A stretch of 64,000 nucleotides of DNA from Escherichia phage SUT_E1620, in the sequence record OQ939939; one strand, written 5' to 3'. The position numbers and the translations under genes are program-made. Positions 55,150 to 62,777 of the stretch are shown here, piece by piece (the first letter of the stretch is position 1; the number at the start of each line of letters is the position of its first letter). The notes under the pieces were generated by a model. It was given only the letters and a program-made list of their open reading frames with translations. It searched no databases and was not told the origin of the DNA.

Positions 55150-55220
55150 GGGGATATAGTTTAATGGTAGAACATCTGCTTTGCACGCAGAAGACGAGGG
55201 TTCAACTCCCTCTTTCTCCA
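55150..55220 (+). tRNA. tRNA-Ala (anticodon TGC)
   Basis: Acceptor GGGGATA/TTTCTCC with G3-U70 pair, anticodon stem-loop TCTGC-TTTGCAC-GCAGA, T-loop GAGGGTTCAACTCCCTC, A73, CCA. Confidence 0.7.
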
Positions 55221-55228
55221 CCAAATTC

Positions 55229-55301
55229 GGGGTCATAGGTTATTTGGTTAAACTTACTGCCTTGCAAGCAGTGGAACTCAGTTCAATTCTGAGTGGCTCC
55301 A
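55229..55301 (+). tRNA. tRNA with TGC anticodon (second Ala-type; isotype tentative)
   Basis: Acceptor GGGGTCA/TGGCTCC (G3-U70 present), anticodon stem-loop ACTGC-CTTGCAA-GCAGT, T-loop CTCAGTTCAATTCTGAG, A73, CCA. Confidence 0.55.
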
Positions 55302-55323
55302 CCAAACAAATTAAGGAAATAAT

Positions 55324-55542
55324 ATGGTATTCTTAGCAACCTCTGTAGTTCTTGCAGCTTTAGCACTAGCTATCTATTTTAGAACTGCTAAAGATTTAGC
55401 TAAAGAAAAGAAAACTTTCTTTACTGATTATTCTTGGGGCGCTCCATATACTGTCCGCTTTATCAGCTTAGAAGCTATGCTGATAATGGTATTCAGTGGC
55501 GTAGGTTCCATTGTTGCGGGATTATTATTTATTTCTAACTAA
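55324..55542 (+). CDS. Small membrane protein (72 aa)
   Basis: Two hydrophobic helices; RBS AAGGAAATAA. Confidence 0.55.
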   Translation: MVFLATSVVLAALALAIYFRTAKDLAKEKKTFFTDYSWGAPYTVRFISLEAMLIMVFSGVGSIVAGLLFISN

Positions 55543-55549
55543 ATAAAAT

Positions 55550-55627
55550 GGGGATGTGGCGAAATTGGCAGACGCGCTAGATTTAGGTTCTAGTCTTCGG
55601 GTGTGGGTTCGAGTCCCTCCATCCCTA
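55550..55627 (+). tRNA. tRNA-Leu (anticodon TAG)
   Basis: Acceptor GGGGATG/CATCCCT, anticodon stem-loop CTAGA-TTTAGGT-TCTAG, extended variable region, T-loop GTGGGTTCGAGTCCCTC, A73, CCA. Confidence 0.7.
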
Positions 55628-55646
55628 CCAAACATTGGATTAACTC

Positions 55647-55859
55647 ATGATGAAAACTCCTATAACTGATATCTGGTTAGCTGTTAATACATTAACTAAA
55701 GAGTATGTGTTTATAGAGTATGGTCAGAGGTATGACCAAAAGATGTATAATCTCATACTTCCAGTATCCGCTAATGAAGTTTATGATTTAATCCTGAGAT
55801 CTACGGAAGAGCAAATCGACTTGGTGACGAAAACCGCTTGGAAAGTGGCTGACTTGTGA
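55647..55859 (+). CDS. Hypothetical protein (70 aa); 3' third overlaps tRNA-Ser
   Basis: Six-frame ORF; last ~55 nt coincide with tRNA-Ser(GGA), so coding status uncertain. Confidence 0.4.
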   Translation: MMKTPITDIWLAVNTLTKEYVFIEYGQRYDQKMYNLILPVSANEVYDLILRSTEEQIDLVTKTAWKVADL

Positions 55860-55894
55860 AAGCAGGCTTGAGAGTTCGAATCTCTCTTCTTCCG
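55805..55894 (+). tRNA. tRNA-Ser (anticodon GGA), long variable arm
   Basis: Acceptor GGAAGAG/TTCTTCC, anticodon loop TTGGAAA, ~20-nt variable arm, T-loop GAGAGTTCGAATCTCTC, G73, CCA. Confidence 0.65.
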
Positions 55895-55904
55895 CCAAAC
55901 AACT

Positions 55905-55991
55905 GGAAGGTAGGACATAGTGGTATGTAACAGGTCTTGAAAACCTGCCCGCTGTAGCGATATGGTGATGGTTCGACTCCATTACCTTCTG
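55905..55991 (+). tRNA. tRNA-Ser (anticodon TGA), long variable arm
   Basis: Acceptor GGAAGGT/ACCTTCT, anticodon stem-loop CAGGT-CTTGAAA-ACCTG, ~19-nt variable arm, T-loop GATGGTTCGACTCCATT, G73, CCA. Confidence 0.7.
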
Positions 55992-56359
55992 CCAAATCTT
56001 GAAGTATGCCGGAATCGGTAGACGGGGCTTCCTAAAGGGCGTAAGGGGAACATCCACTCCTCATAAGATACCCGAAAACGAGGCTGAGATAAATGGTCTA
56101 TCTCGTGAAGGTTCAAGTCCTTCTGCTTCTTGATATTCAATGGCTCAAAGAGTAACGGTGCTATTTGATGCTCTTAGTAAGACTTTCCCGACATGCGTTC
56201 GGGAGTAAGCTGCTAAGGCTAGAGTAGAAGAGTTTCGGAGAGCCGCCACAATTGAAAATTCGTACTCGTCTTGAGCTGCGTGCAATAGGAGATAACTTGA
56301 TTAGTATTCTAGAAAATGCTATTTGAGGATGGTTTCGCTAATCCTGCGAGTTTTCAATT

Positions 56360-56433
56360 GTGGCTATATCATAATTGGTTAATGATCCTGATTGTGAATC
56401 AGGCCTATGTGGATTCGAATTCCACTAGCCACC
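56360..56433 (+). tRNA. tRNA-His (anticodon GTG)
   Basis: Acceptor GTGGCTA/TAGCCAC, D-stem TCAT/ATGA, anticodon stem-loop CCTGA-TTGTGAA-TCAGG, T-loop GTGGATTCGAATTCCAC, C73, CCA. Confidence 0.75.
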
Positions 56434-56442
56434 CCAAATATT

Positions 56443-56514
56443 GCGTCCTTATTTCAATGGAAAGAATGTAAAGCTACGAACTTTACGATCGGGGTTCGAT
56501 TCCCTGAGGATGCA
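56443..56514 (+). tRNA. tRNA-Arg (anticodon ACG)
   Basis: Acceptor GCGTCCT/AGGATGC, anticodon stem-loop TAAAG-CTACGAA-CTTTA, T-loop CGGGGTTCGATTCCCTG, A73, CCA. Confidence 0.7.
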
Positions 56515-56541
56515 CCAATTAACTTATATAGGAACTAAAAT

Positions 56542-56742
56542 ATGGCTGATTTCTGCAAAGAATGCTCTATCGATATGTGGGGCAAAGATACTGGTGATCT
56601 TTCTGGTCTGATTACAGAAGCCGAAGTTAAAGAAGGCTATGGTGCTGTTGTAATCTGTGAAGGTTGTGGTATTATTCGTGTTGATCATAATGGTAAACGT
56701 CTAGAAGAACCAGATCCAATTGCCACGGTTCCTGTAGAATAA
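56542..56742 (+). CDS. Small zinc-ribbon protein (66 aa)
   Basis: CKEC...CEGC cysteine pairs; RBS TAGGAACT. Confidence 0.5.
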   Translation: MADFCKECSIDMWGKDTGDLSGLITEAEVKEGYGAVVICEGCGIIRVDHNGKRLEEPDPIATVPVE

Positions 56743-56749
56743 AAATTAT

Positions 56750-56822
56750 CGGGATGTAGATCAATTGGCAGATCGTCGGCCTCTGACTCCGAAGGTTCCA
56801 CGTTCGATCCGTGGCATCCCAG
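56750..56822 (+). tRNA. tRNA-Gln (anticodon CTG)
   Basis: Acceptor CGGGATG/CATCCCA (C1-A72 mismatch), D-stem GATC/GATC, anticodon loop CTCTGAC, T-loop CCACGTTCGATCCGTGG, G73, CCA. Confidence 0.7.
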
Positions 56823-56831
56823 CCAAACAAT

Positions 56832-56904
56832 TGGAGAGTAGTGTAACGGTTAGCACAACGGCCTTTGACTCCGTTAATGGTAGGTTCGATTCCTCCTTCT
56901 CCAG
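56832..56904 (+). tRNA. tRNA-Gln (anticodon TTG)
   Basis: Acceptor TGGAGAG/TTCTCCA (U1-A72), anticodon loop CTTTGAC, T-loop GTAGGTTCGATTCCTCC, G73, CCA. Confidence 0.7.
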
Positions 56905-56913
56905 CCAATTTAT

Positions 56914-56985
56914 GCGTGATTAGTTCAGTGGCTAGAATAACTGGCTTCCAACCAGTAGACACGAGTTCGACTCTCGTATCCCGCA
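56914..56985 (+). tRNA. tRNA-Gly (anticodon TCC)
   Basis: Acceptor GCGTGAT/ATCCCGC (one mismatch), anticodon stem-loop ACTGG-CTTCCAA-CCAGT, 4-nt variable loop, T-loop ACGAGTTCGACTCTCGT, A73, CCA. Confidence 0.7.
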
Positions 56986-57004
56986 CCAAATATAAGGAAA
57001 CGTT

Positions 57005-57226
57005 ATGGACGTTTTTGAGTTTCGTAATAAAAACCCCAATAGACGAGTTTTAATTATTGGTGAAACATATCGAGCTTATGAGCAAGAAGATGGTTCGGTT
57101 TTATTAAATGATGAAAAACAAGGCTATAGCTTTCATCCAGAAGAAACATATGAAGAATTTCGTACTAAGTTTCTTTTACCAGACTGGCTAGCAATAGCTG
57201 AGCAAAGAGAATCCGAAGATGGCTGA
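57005..57226 (+). CDS. Hypothetical acidic protein (73 aa)
   Basis: ORF with RBS AAGGAAACG. Confidence 0.5.
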   Translation: MDVFEFRNKNPNRRVLIIGETYRAYEQEDGSVLLNDEKQGYSFHPEETYEEFRTKFLLPDWLAIAEQRESEDG

Positions 57227-57383
57227 TAATCTAAAGCTAAAAGTAGATAAACGAATGAAGTGCGTTGAGGTTGAGTTAGGAGAAGAACGTTTAAAACTCT
57301 CATTCGAATTTCTACAGCAGTTGGCTATGACAGTAATGTCTGATAAGTCCCCTATATTTGAAAAAGAAATCCCGTTGAAATAA
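57219..57383 (+). CDS. Small hypothetical protein (~54 aa)
   Basis: ATG overlapping upstream stop; below track cut-off; coordinates approximate. Confidence 0.3.
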   Translation: MADNLKLKVDKRMKCVEVELGEERLKLSFEFLQQLAMTVMSDKSPIFEKEIPLK

Positions 57384-57392
57384 TGGGTTTAT

Positions 57393-57464
57393 TGCTCCTA
57401 AAGCATTGCTGGCGATGCAGTTGCCTTGTAAGCATCTGAACCGGGTTCGATTCCTGGTGGGAGC
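57393..57464 (+). tRNA. tRNA-Thr (anticodon TGT)
   Basis: Acceptor GCTCCTA/TGGGAGC, D-stem GCAT/ATGC, anticodon loop CTTGTAA, T-loop CCGGGTTCGATTCCTGG, A73, CCA. Confidence 0.7.
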
Positions 57465-57474
57465 ACCAAATTTA

Positions 57475-57525
57475 AAAAATTCATTTGCCTTCTCTCTTAT
57501 TTCTTGTTATAATATTTATATAAAT
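57475..57525 (+). promoter_or_regulatory. Sigma70-type early promoter
   Basis: TTGCCT (57484-57489), N17, TATAAT (57507-57512), ATAAATTAATGAGAGGG box. Confidence 0.7.
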
Positions 57526-57543
57526 TAATGAGAGGGAAACCAA

Positions 57544-57837
57544 ATGAAACGTTATCTTTCTGTCGTGTTCCAAACTGGTGGTCAACGCTACACTTATGAA
57601 TTTCCTGAGTCCTGGAAAATTAAAGAAGGTGATCAAGTTGTTGTATTAACACCTCGTGAAGGCTTCAAAGTAGTAACGGTTAAACAAGTATTTCCAAAAG
57701 ATCACGAACCATCTAAGTCTATTCAGTACAAGATGATTCATGGTCTAGTTCGTAAAGTACCACGAACTGAGGTAGAAGTAGATAAGACTGGTGAAGCTAA
57801 ATACCAGTATACTTCTTACTTAGATGAAATGATGTAA
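57544..57837 (+). CDS. Hypothetical protein (97 aa)
   Basis: ORF after consensus promoter, RBS GAGGGAAAC. Confidence 0.6.
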   Translation: MKRYLSVVFQTGGQRYTYEFPESWKIKEGDQVVVLTPREGFKVVTVKQVFPKDHEPSKSIQYKMIHGLVRKVPRTEVEVDKTGEAKYQYTSYLDEMM

Positions 57838-57838
57838 T

Positions 57839-57911
57839 GCTCTGATAGTTCAACAGGTTAGAACAGGCGACCGATAATCGTCAAATCTTGGTTCGATCCC
57901 AAGTCGGAGTA
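57839..57911 (+). tRNA. tRNA-Ile (anticodon GAT)
   Basis: Acceptor GCTCTGA/TCGGAGT, D-stem GTTC/GAAC, anticodon stem-loop GGCGA-CCGATAA-TCGTC, T-loop CTTGGTTCGATCCCAAG, A73, CCA; begins 2 nt after upstream stop. Confidence 0.7.
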
Positions 57912-57920
57912 CCAAATTAT

Positions 57921-57993
57921 AGTTAGTTGGCAGAGTGGTTATGCACCTCCTTCATACGGAGCGACTACAGTGGTTCAAATCCACTACTAACTA
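57921..57993 (+). tRNA. tRNA with CAT anticodon (third CAT tRNA)
   Basis: Acceptor AGTTAGT/ACTAACT, anticodon loop TTCATAC, T-loop AGTGGTTCAAATCCACT, A73, CCA. Confidence 0.7.
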
Positions 57994-58033
57994 CCATTAA
58001 AAGAGCTAGAGATAGCTAAATATAGGAGCAGTT

Positions 58034-58228
58034 ATGTTAACAGTTAAAGTAATGGCCACTAATGGTGGTGAAGAAATTCATGATGGTACTAGTGTAGGAT
58101 TTAATCCCAAAAATAAAAGTATTCATATTTCAGGGTTAGATCAACCAATTTTCTTAAAGGAGAATGAAGTCGCCTACGTTATGAACCAAAACGGTAAAAC
58201 TGTTTCCGTTTACCACGGAAAGCAGTAA
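58034..58228 (+). CDS. Hypothetical protein (64 aa)
   Basis: ORF with RBS TAGGAGCAG. Confidence 0.5.
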   Translation: MLTVKVMATNGGEEIHDGTSVGFNPKNKSIHISGLDQPIFLKENEVAYVMNQNGKTVSVYHGKQ

Positions 58229-58599
58229 AGAACAGAGGATTAGGTCTTTGCACCAGATCCTGCTGAGAAGAGAGCCCACATTCTATAAATGGCCGGGCGT
58301 GACAGCAGGAAGTAGACTGCAACTCCATGCTATCCAGGAGTATAAATGTAGAAGCTAAGACTTTAGATAGCCATTGTCTTAGCGTGAGCAATCACGTAGT
58401 TGCAACAGACCTGGAAGATCGCAACGTTAAAATCAAAGTTCCAGTGCTTATTTATCTAATCGAGACCATCAATCTCACCGGAATGCTAGCACCCCAACAG
58501 TAGCTAGTGATTAGATAGTAAGCAAGCCTGCCTTCCAGTTTTTATCTTGCTTCTGGGTTAACAAAAAGCTGAGCCAAATTCTAACATCAGGGAGATCTA

Positions 58600-58968
58600 A
58601 TGAAAGCATATCAAAGTCTTAAGTCTGGCGTAATTAACATTGTTCATAACAATCAGATCATTCAACTATATTCTAAAGATGGTGAACTTAAACAGAAAGT
58701 TCTAGTCGAAGATCTAGAAGGTATCACACCTCACTTTGACCCTGAGGCCTTTCGCATTGTAGATGTGGAAGTGGTTCCTCAAGTCGAGGGTGGTCAGCAC
58801 CTAAATGTCAATGTGTTAAGCCGTGATCAGCTTTTGGATGCACAGAAACATCCTGAAAAATATCCTCAGTTGACCATCCGTGTCTCTGGCTATGCTGTTC
58901 GATTTAACGCATTGACGCGTGAACAACAGAACGACGTTATTAGTCGTACATTTACTCAGGCGATATAA
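58600..58968 (+). CDS. grcA: Autonomous glycyl-radical cofactor (GrcA/YfiD-like) protein
   Basis: C-terminal ~70 aa ([12 protein letters not shown]...[23 protein letters not shown]...RTFTQ) closely matches GrcA/PFL C-terminus as I recall it, including RVSGYAV glycyl-radical motif. Confidence 0.75.
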   Translation: MKAYQSLKSGVINIVHNNQIIQLYSKDGELKQKVLVEDLEGITPHFDPEAFRIVDVEVVPQVEGGQHLNVNVLSRDQLLDAQKHPEKYPQLTIRVSGYAVRFNALTREQQNDVISRTFTQAI

Positions 58969-59049
58969 TGGGGTTTGGATACGATTTCTCCCAGCTACGC
59001 AAGGTAGTCGAGCAAACTCCATTTATCTCCCAAGTTTTAGGAGAAATGT

Positions 59050-59343
59050 GTGGATCGAGCATTAAGACGCCATCACCGGCAACGTGTGAAAAACAATCGC
59101 AAAAAGTATTGGACAGTCTTCCCACATGAAGAAAGCCCTAAGCGGTTAGGCATTATCACTACCACTCCTTGCATCTGTTCTTGTTGGATGTGTGGGAATC
59201 CTCGCAAATACTATAAGAATAGTAAAGCAGGCATGAAAATCTCGGAGATTAAAAAGATGGATGCAATGATCTTAGGTATCGGATACGGCGAAGGTATTTC
59301 AAATGATGAATTTGATGGCTTCGTAGGTTTCGGTAAAGGTTAA
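59050..59343 (+). CDS. Basic Cys-cluster protein (97 aa)
   Basis: Motif PCICSCWMCGNP (CxCxCxxC), basic N-terminus; function unknown. Confidence 0.5.
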   Translation: MDRALRRHHRQRVKNNRKKYWTVFPHEESPKRLGIITTTPCICSCWMCGNPRKYYKNSKAGMKISEIKKMDAMILGIGYGEGISNDEFDGFVGFGKG

Positions 59344-59352
59344 TTAATAATA

Positions 59353-59388
59353 AACCCCAGCTATTGAATAAGTAGTCTGGGGTTTTCT
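59353..59388 (+). terminator. Rho-independent terminator
   Basis: AACCCCAG...CTGGGGTT hairpin (large loop) followed by TTTCTTG. Confidence 0.6.
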
Positions 59389-59407
59389 TGTATATAGGAT
59401 TTTCGAA

Positions 59408-59593
59408 ATGAAAATTTTTAAAGTGAACTATAGCGGCCTGTGGTTAAGTGGTACAGCTATTGTTGTTGCGGAAACTGCGGAAGAAGCAATCGAACTGGCT
59501 AGAAATCATAGAAGTTCTATAGAATTCGAGAATGTGACAGTAGAAGAACTCCCTAGCAGTGGGGTAGTATACAACGACAACGGAGATTACTAA
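59408..59593 (+). CDS. Hypothetical protein (61 aa)
   Basis: Six-frame ORF. Confidence 0.45.
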   Translation: MKIFKVNYSGLWLSGTAIVVAETAEEAIELARNHRSSIEFENVTVEELPSSGVVYNDNGDY

Positions 59594-59651
59594 TGTTATA
59601 TTTTGAAGTTCGTCCACATTAAGTTAATTTAAAAGACTTAATGGAGGTAAT

Positions 59652-59999
59652 ATGAGCCGTACATATCGTAAACAATCTGGTGATCAGTGGTGGAAATCTA
59701 AAGCTAAGTATATTCAGGAGTACACGTTCCTTAAAGGGAGTGGCTACTGGATTCGGGTTACTTACGCTAAATCCTGGGATGAAATAGAGCAGGAAATGAA
59801 GGAAGCAACTATCCACAACGAGAAAAAGGATGGTTACAACTGGGATTCTGTTAGCAAGAATGTTAAGTGGCATTCTAACAAAATGGTTCGTCAGGGAAAC
59901 CGTCGTGAGCTTCACCGTGTGATGAAAGATCCAGAAAATTACGACTATAATCGCGATCATGACCTGCGTAAGCGTGGGTTGTGGTGGTGCTACGACTAA
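59652..59999 (+). CDS. Hypothetical basic protein (115 aa)
   Basis: ORF with RBS GGAGGTAA. Confidence 0.55.
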   Translation: MSRTYRKQSGDQWWKSKAKYIQEYTFLKGSGYWIRVTYAKSWDEIEQEMKEATIHNEKKDGYNWDSVSKNVKWHSNKMVRQGNRRELHRVMKDPENYDYNRDHDLRKRGLWWCYD

Positions 60000-60005
60000 G
60001 GAAAT

Positions 60006-60503
60006 ATGGAAACCTGGAAAGACATAACAGGTTTTGAGGGTAAATACCAGATATCTAATAATGGGAATGTCTCTAGTTATTTATCTGGTAAAATTCTCAA
60101 ACCCCAAGTAAATAGACAAGGGTATCTTGTCGTCAACCTATATTATGAAGTAGGTAAAGCTAGAAAATTTAGGATACACAGACTTGTAGCTGAGCACTTT
60201 ATACCTAATCCAGATAATAAACCCTTCGTTAATCATCTGGATGGTGATAAGTCAAATAATGACGAGGATAACCTAGAATGGAGCACCTCGGAAGAGAATA
60301 ATAGACATGCCCGTGAAAATGGTTTAGCTAATTGGGCGAAAGGGGAACAGCATGGTAGGTGTAAACTATCTGATGCAGATATCTTTTGGATAAGAAGTCA
60401 TTATCAGCCAAGAAACCGAGAATTTGGTCAAGCTGCTTTAGCTAGGATGTTCGGTGTAAGTCAACCTCACATATCGTATATAATTAACGGGCATAAAAGG
60501 TAA
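60006..60503 (+). CDS. HNH homing endonuclease with C-terminal HTH
   Basis: N-terminal ITGFEGKYQISNNGNV motif, HNH-like HRLVAEHFIPN...NHLDGDKSNN, C-terminal HTH-like segment. Confidence 0.7.
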   Translation: METWKDITGFEGKYQISNNGNVSSYLSGKILKPQVNRQGYLVVNLYYEVGKARKFRIHRLVAEHFIPNPDNKPFVNHLDGDKSNNDEDNLEWSTSEENNRHARENGLANWAKGEQHGRCKLSDADIFWIRSHYQPRNREFGQAALARMFGVSQPHISYIINGHKR

Positions 60504-60509
60504 AAATGA

Positions 60510-60560
60510 AATAATTCATTTGCTAAAGAACCTCTTTATTGATATAATATTTATATAAAT
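60510..60560 (+). promoter_or_regulatory. Sigma70-type early promoter
   Basis: TTGCTA (60519-60524), N18, TATAAT (60543-60548), ATAAATTGATAGAGAGGG box. Confidence 0.7.
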
Positions 60561-60579
60561 TGATAGAGAGGGCTTTGAA

Positions 60580-60861
60580 ATGAAAACTCGCCTAGACTGT
60601 GCTGTTCATGTACTTGAGCATGATATTATTGGGACTTGTATGTCCTATCATGAAGCAGGCAGAATGATTGTTAAACGTGTTGCTGATGTTTGTAGTTTGA
60701 AAATCACAGAAGATGAAGCAGACGAACTGCTTGGACAGGCAATAGAGAAAACAGAAATTTTCTTATGTGATTCTTGTTCTTGGTGGTGTGAAGCTCACGA
60801 ACATTCTTTCAATGATTATGACATATGCCGTGACTGTAAAGAGGACGATGAAGATGAATAA
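60580..60861 (+). CDS. Hypothetical Cys-rich acidic protein (93 aa)
   Basis: ORF after consensus promoter; CDSCSWWC...CRDC motifs. Confidence 0.55.
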   Translation: MKTRLDCAVHVLEHDIIGTCMSYHEAGRMIVKRVADVCSLKITEDEADELLGQAIEKTEIFLCDSCSWWCEAHEHSFNDYDICRDCKEDDEDE

Positions 60862-61150
60862 GTTTATTATTGCTCTAGTAATTTCAGCAGTTAGTTTCGG
60901 TTCTCTGGCATCTACCAAAGTTTCTATGAAAAATAATAATGTTAGAGTTCAGCAGAACGGTATTACCACTGAATACGGTAAAGTTAGGTCGGTAAAGGAA
61001 CGTAATGGTAATATAGAAATTATGACCAATAAAAATTTCTCAACGCCAGCAGTAACTATTCACCGTAATGGTAATATTACTACTCAACGTTCTAATAACT
61101 CCGATTCCTTCACTTGTCGTTACGACTGTGATGTTGAGATGGAAGAATGA
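60848..61150 (+). CDS. Secreted small protein (signal peptide)
   Basis: Start at MKMNKFIIALVISAVSFGSLAS after AAGAGG RBS (track ORF starts further upstream in overlap). Confidence 0.55.
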   Translation: MKMNKFIIALVISAVSFGSLASTKVSMKNNNVRVQQNGITTEYGKVRSVKERNGNIEIMTNKNFSTPAVTIHRNGNITTQRSNNSDSFTCRYDCDVEMEE

Positions 61151-61671
61151 TTACCCAGGAAAGATTAAAAGAATTACTGATATATGATCCGGAAACAGGA
61201 TTATTCTATAGACGCCTAAAAAGCGGTAGAATAAAACCCATAAATAATAAACCTAATAACTATGGGTATATTCAGATTAGGGTTGGGAATGGATATAGGG
61301 AATTAGCACATAGATTAGCCTTCTTATACATGGAAGGGTATATTCCTGAATTTGTTGATCATATCAATAGAATTAGAGATGATAATCGATGGAGTAACCT
61401 TAGGGATAGTTCTAGACAGGAAAATAACAGGAATAGAGCTGCTACTAGCAACTCAGGATACTTAGGAGTATCTTGGGATATTCACCTCCAGAAATGGAGG
61501 GTTTATACTAATAATGATGAGGGTGCAAGAGTTTATGGTGGTCTCTTCAATCATGAAGACTTAGAATCTGCGGTATACAAAGCCAATGGGCTGCGTCTAG
61601 AACTGCACGGTACTCTCGCAGTTATTGAAGAATTTACAGGCTTTCCAAAAGAAATGGAGAGAAGAACGTGA
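61147..61671 (+). CDS. HNH homing endonuclease
   Basis: Motif HRLAFLYMEGYIPEFVDHINRIRDDNRWSNL and AP2-like segment (YLGVSWD...KWRV). Confidence 0.8.
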   Translation: MITQERLKELLIYDPETGLFYRRLKSGRIKPINNKPNNYGYIQIRVGNGYRELAHRLAFLYMEGYIPEFVDHINRIRDDNRWSNLRDSSRQENNRNRAATSNSGYLGVSWDIHLQKWRVYTNNDEGARVYGGLFNHEDLESAVYKANGLRLELHGTLAVIEEFTGFPKEMERRT

Positions 61672-61961
61672 AAGAGCTAAATCTCAACAGTCTAGTACAG
61701 ATTCCAGCAACTGATGCTGTACTAGAATATCTTAGAAAGGATCATGTTAAATTCTGGACTGATTATAGCTACGAGCATAACTCAGATTTAGCTACTGATT
61801 TTGCAAATAAACGAATAGCTGAGTATACAGATCCTAGAGTTAAGAATGGTGTGATTACTTTACCACTTTGGGATGTGATGGAAAAGTTTGGTAAAGATTT
61901 GTGCCCAGGTTGTGTACCATTGTTTGTTACTATTCTAATTGATGAAAAGGATCTTAAATGA
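61668..61961 (+). CDS. Hypothetical protein (97 aa)
   Basis: ORF overlapping neighbours by 4 nt. Confidence 0.5.
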   Translation: MKELNLNSLVQIPATDAVLEYLRKDHVKFWTDYSYEHNSDLATDFANKRIAEYTDPRVKNGVITLPLWDVMEKFGKDLCPGCVPLFVTILIDEKDLK

Positions 61962-62242
61962 TTATCTCTCCATTTGCTTTGTGGTTTGTTATTGGTGCAG
62001 TTGTCGCGATTTACAGCCTGATTGATGATCTGTATATCTCTAAAAATAAAGATGTTATTCTTTATGTAATAAATAAATATCGTCCGCCAGAGTTAGCAGA
62101 ATTTGATGATGAAAAGATGTTCAAATTCATCATGTCTGGCATGCTTATTATGGACACCTTGTTCGGGCCGGTAGCTACTTATTTCTTCTTCCGTAAAACT
62201 CGTAAGATGAAAAAGTTTCGTGCTGAAATGCAGAGCAAGTAA
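61958..62242 (+). CDS. Small membrane protein (94 aa)
   Basis: Two hydrophobic helices. Confidence 0.5.
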   Translation: MIISPFALWFVIGAVVAIYSLIDDLYISKNKDVILYVINKYRPPELAEFDDEKMFKFIMSGMLIMDTLFGPVATYFFFRKTRKMKKFRAEMQSK

Positions 62243-62358
62243 AGAACTCGCGTAGGACCGAGTTGCGTCACCTGCAACTGTTACGGATAAGGGAGTCGTG
62301 CCCCTTAATGCGGTAAGTGGTGAGTTGGTCGCTGACCTCAACTTTAACTGGAGATATC

Positions 62359-62706
62359 ATGAGCTTTATTTTATTCTTTGTAGCAGCATGGTTTATTATT
62401 GGTTTAGGCTATGCTATTGCAGTTATTCGTCATCTGGATGAATATTCTGCTGAATGGTTTATTAAGTACCTACGTTTAGACGATCAAGAACACGAGTTCG
62501 ACAGTGCTGAGGAAAGACAGGCTGTCCAGTCAATGACTCCCAAAGAATGCTTGCTTTACATGCGTGTAATTGGTTTCTTTGGACTGTTGGTAGCGGGGCC
62601 GCTAGGTCTTACTATTGCTCCCTACAAAGAAGTTGTTGACGACATTAAACTATGGAGAACTGCTGGATCGCTACGTCGTGCTAGAGAATTAAGTAAACAA
62701 GAGTGA
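62359..62706 (+). CDS. Small membrane protein (~115 aa)
   Basis: Start at MSFILFF after GGAGAT RBS; hydrophobic helices. Confidence 0.5.
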   Translation: MSFILFFVAAWFIIGLGYAIAVIRHLDEYSAEWFIKYLRLDDQEHEFDSAEERQAVQSMTPKECLLYMRVIGFFGLLVAGPLGLTIAPYKEVVDDIKLWRTAGSLRRARELSKQE

Positions 62707-62740
62707 TGATAATCACCTCCTAGCAAGAATAATAATGACA

Positions 62741-62777
62741 AAGCCCAGCCTGCAATTTTGCGACTGGGCTATTTTTG
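62741..62777 (+). terminator. Rho-independent terminator
   Basis: AAGCCCAG...CTGGGCT hairpin followed by ATTTTTG. Confidence 0.7.

Noticed and set aside
59050-59343. Cys-cluster protein (CxCxCxxC) as a radical-SAM activase for NrdD/GrcA
   Set aside because: At 97 aa it is far too small for a radical-SAM barrel and the cysteine spacing is only superficially similar to CxxxCxxC; left as an unknown Cys-cluster protein.
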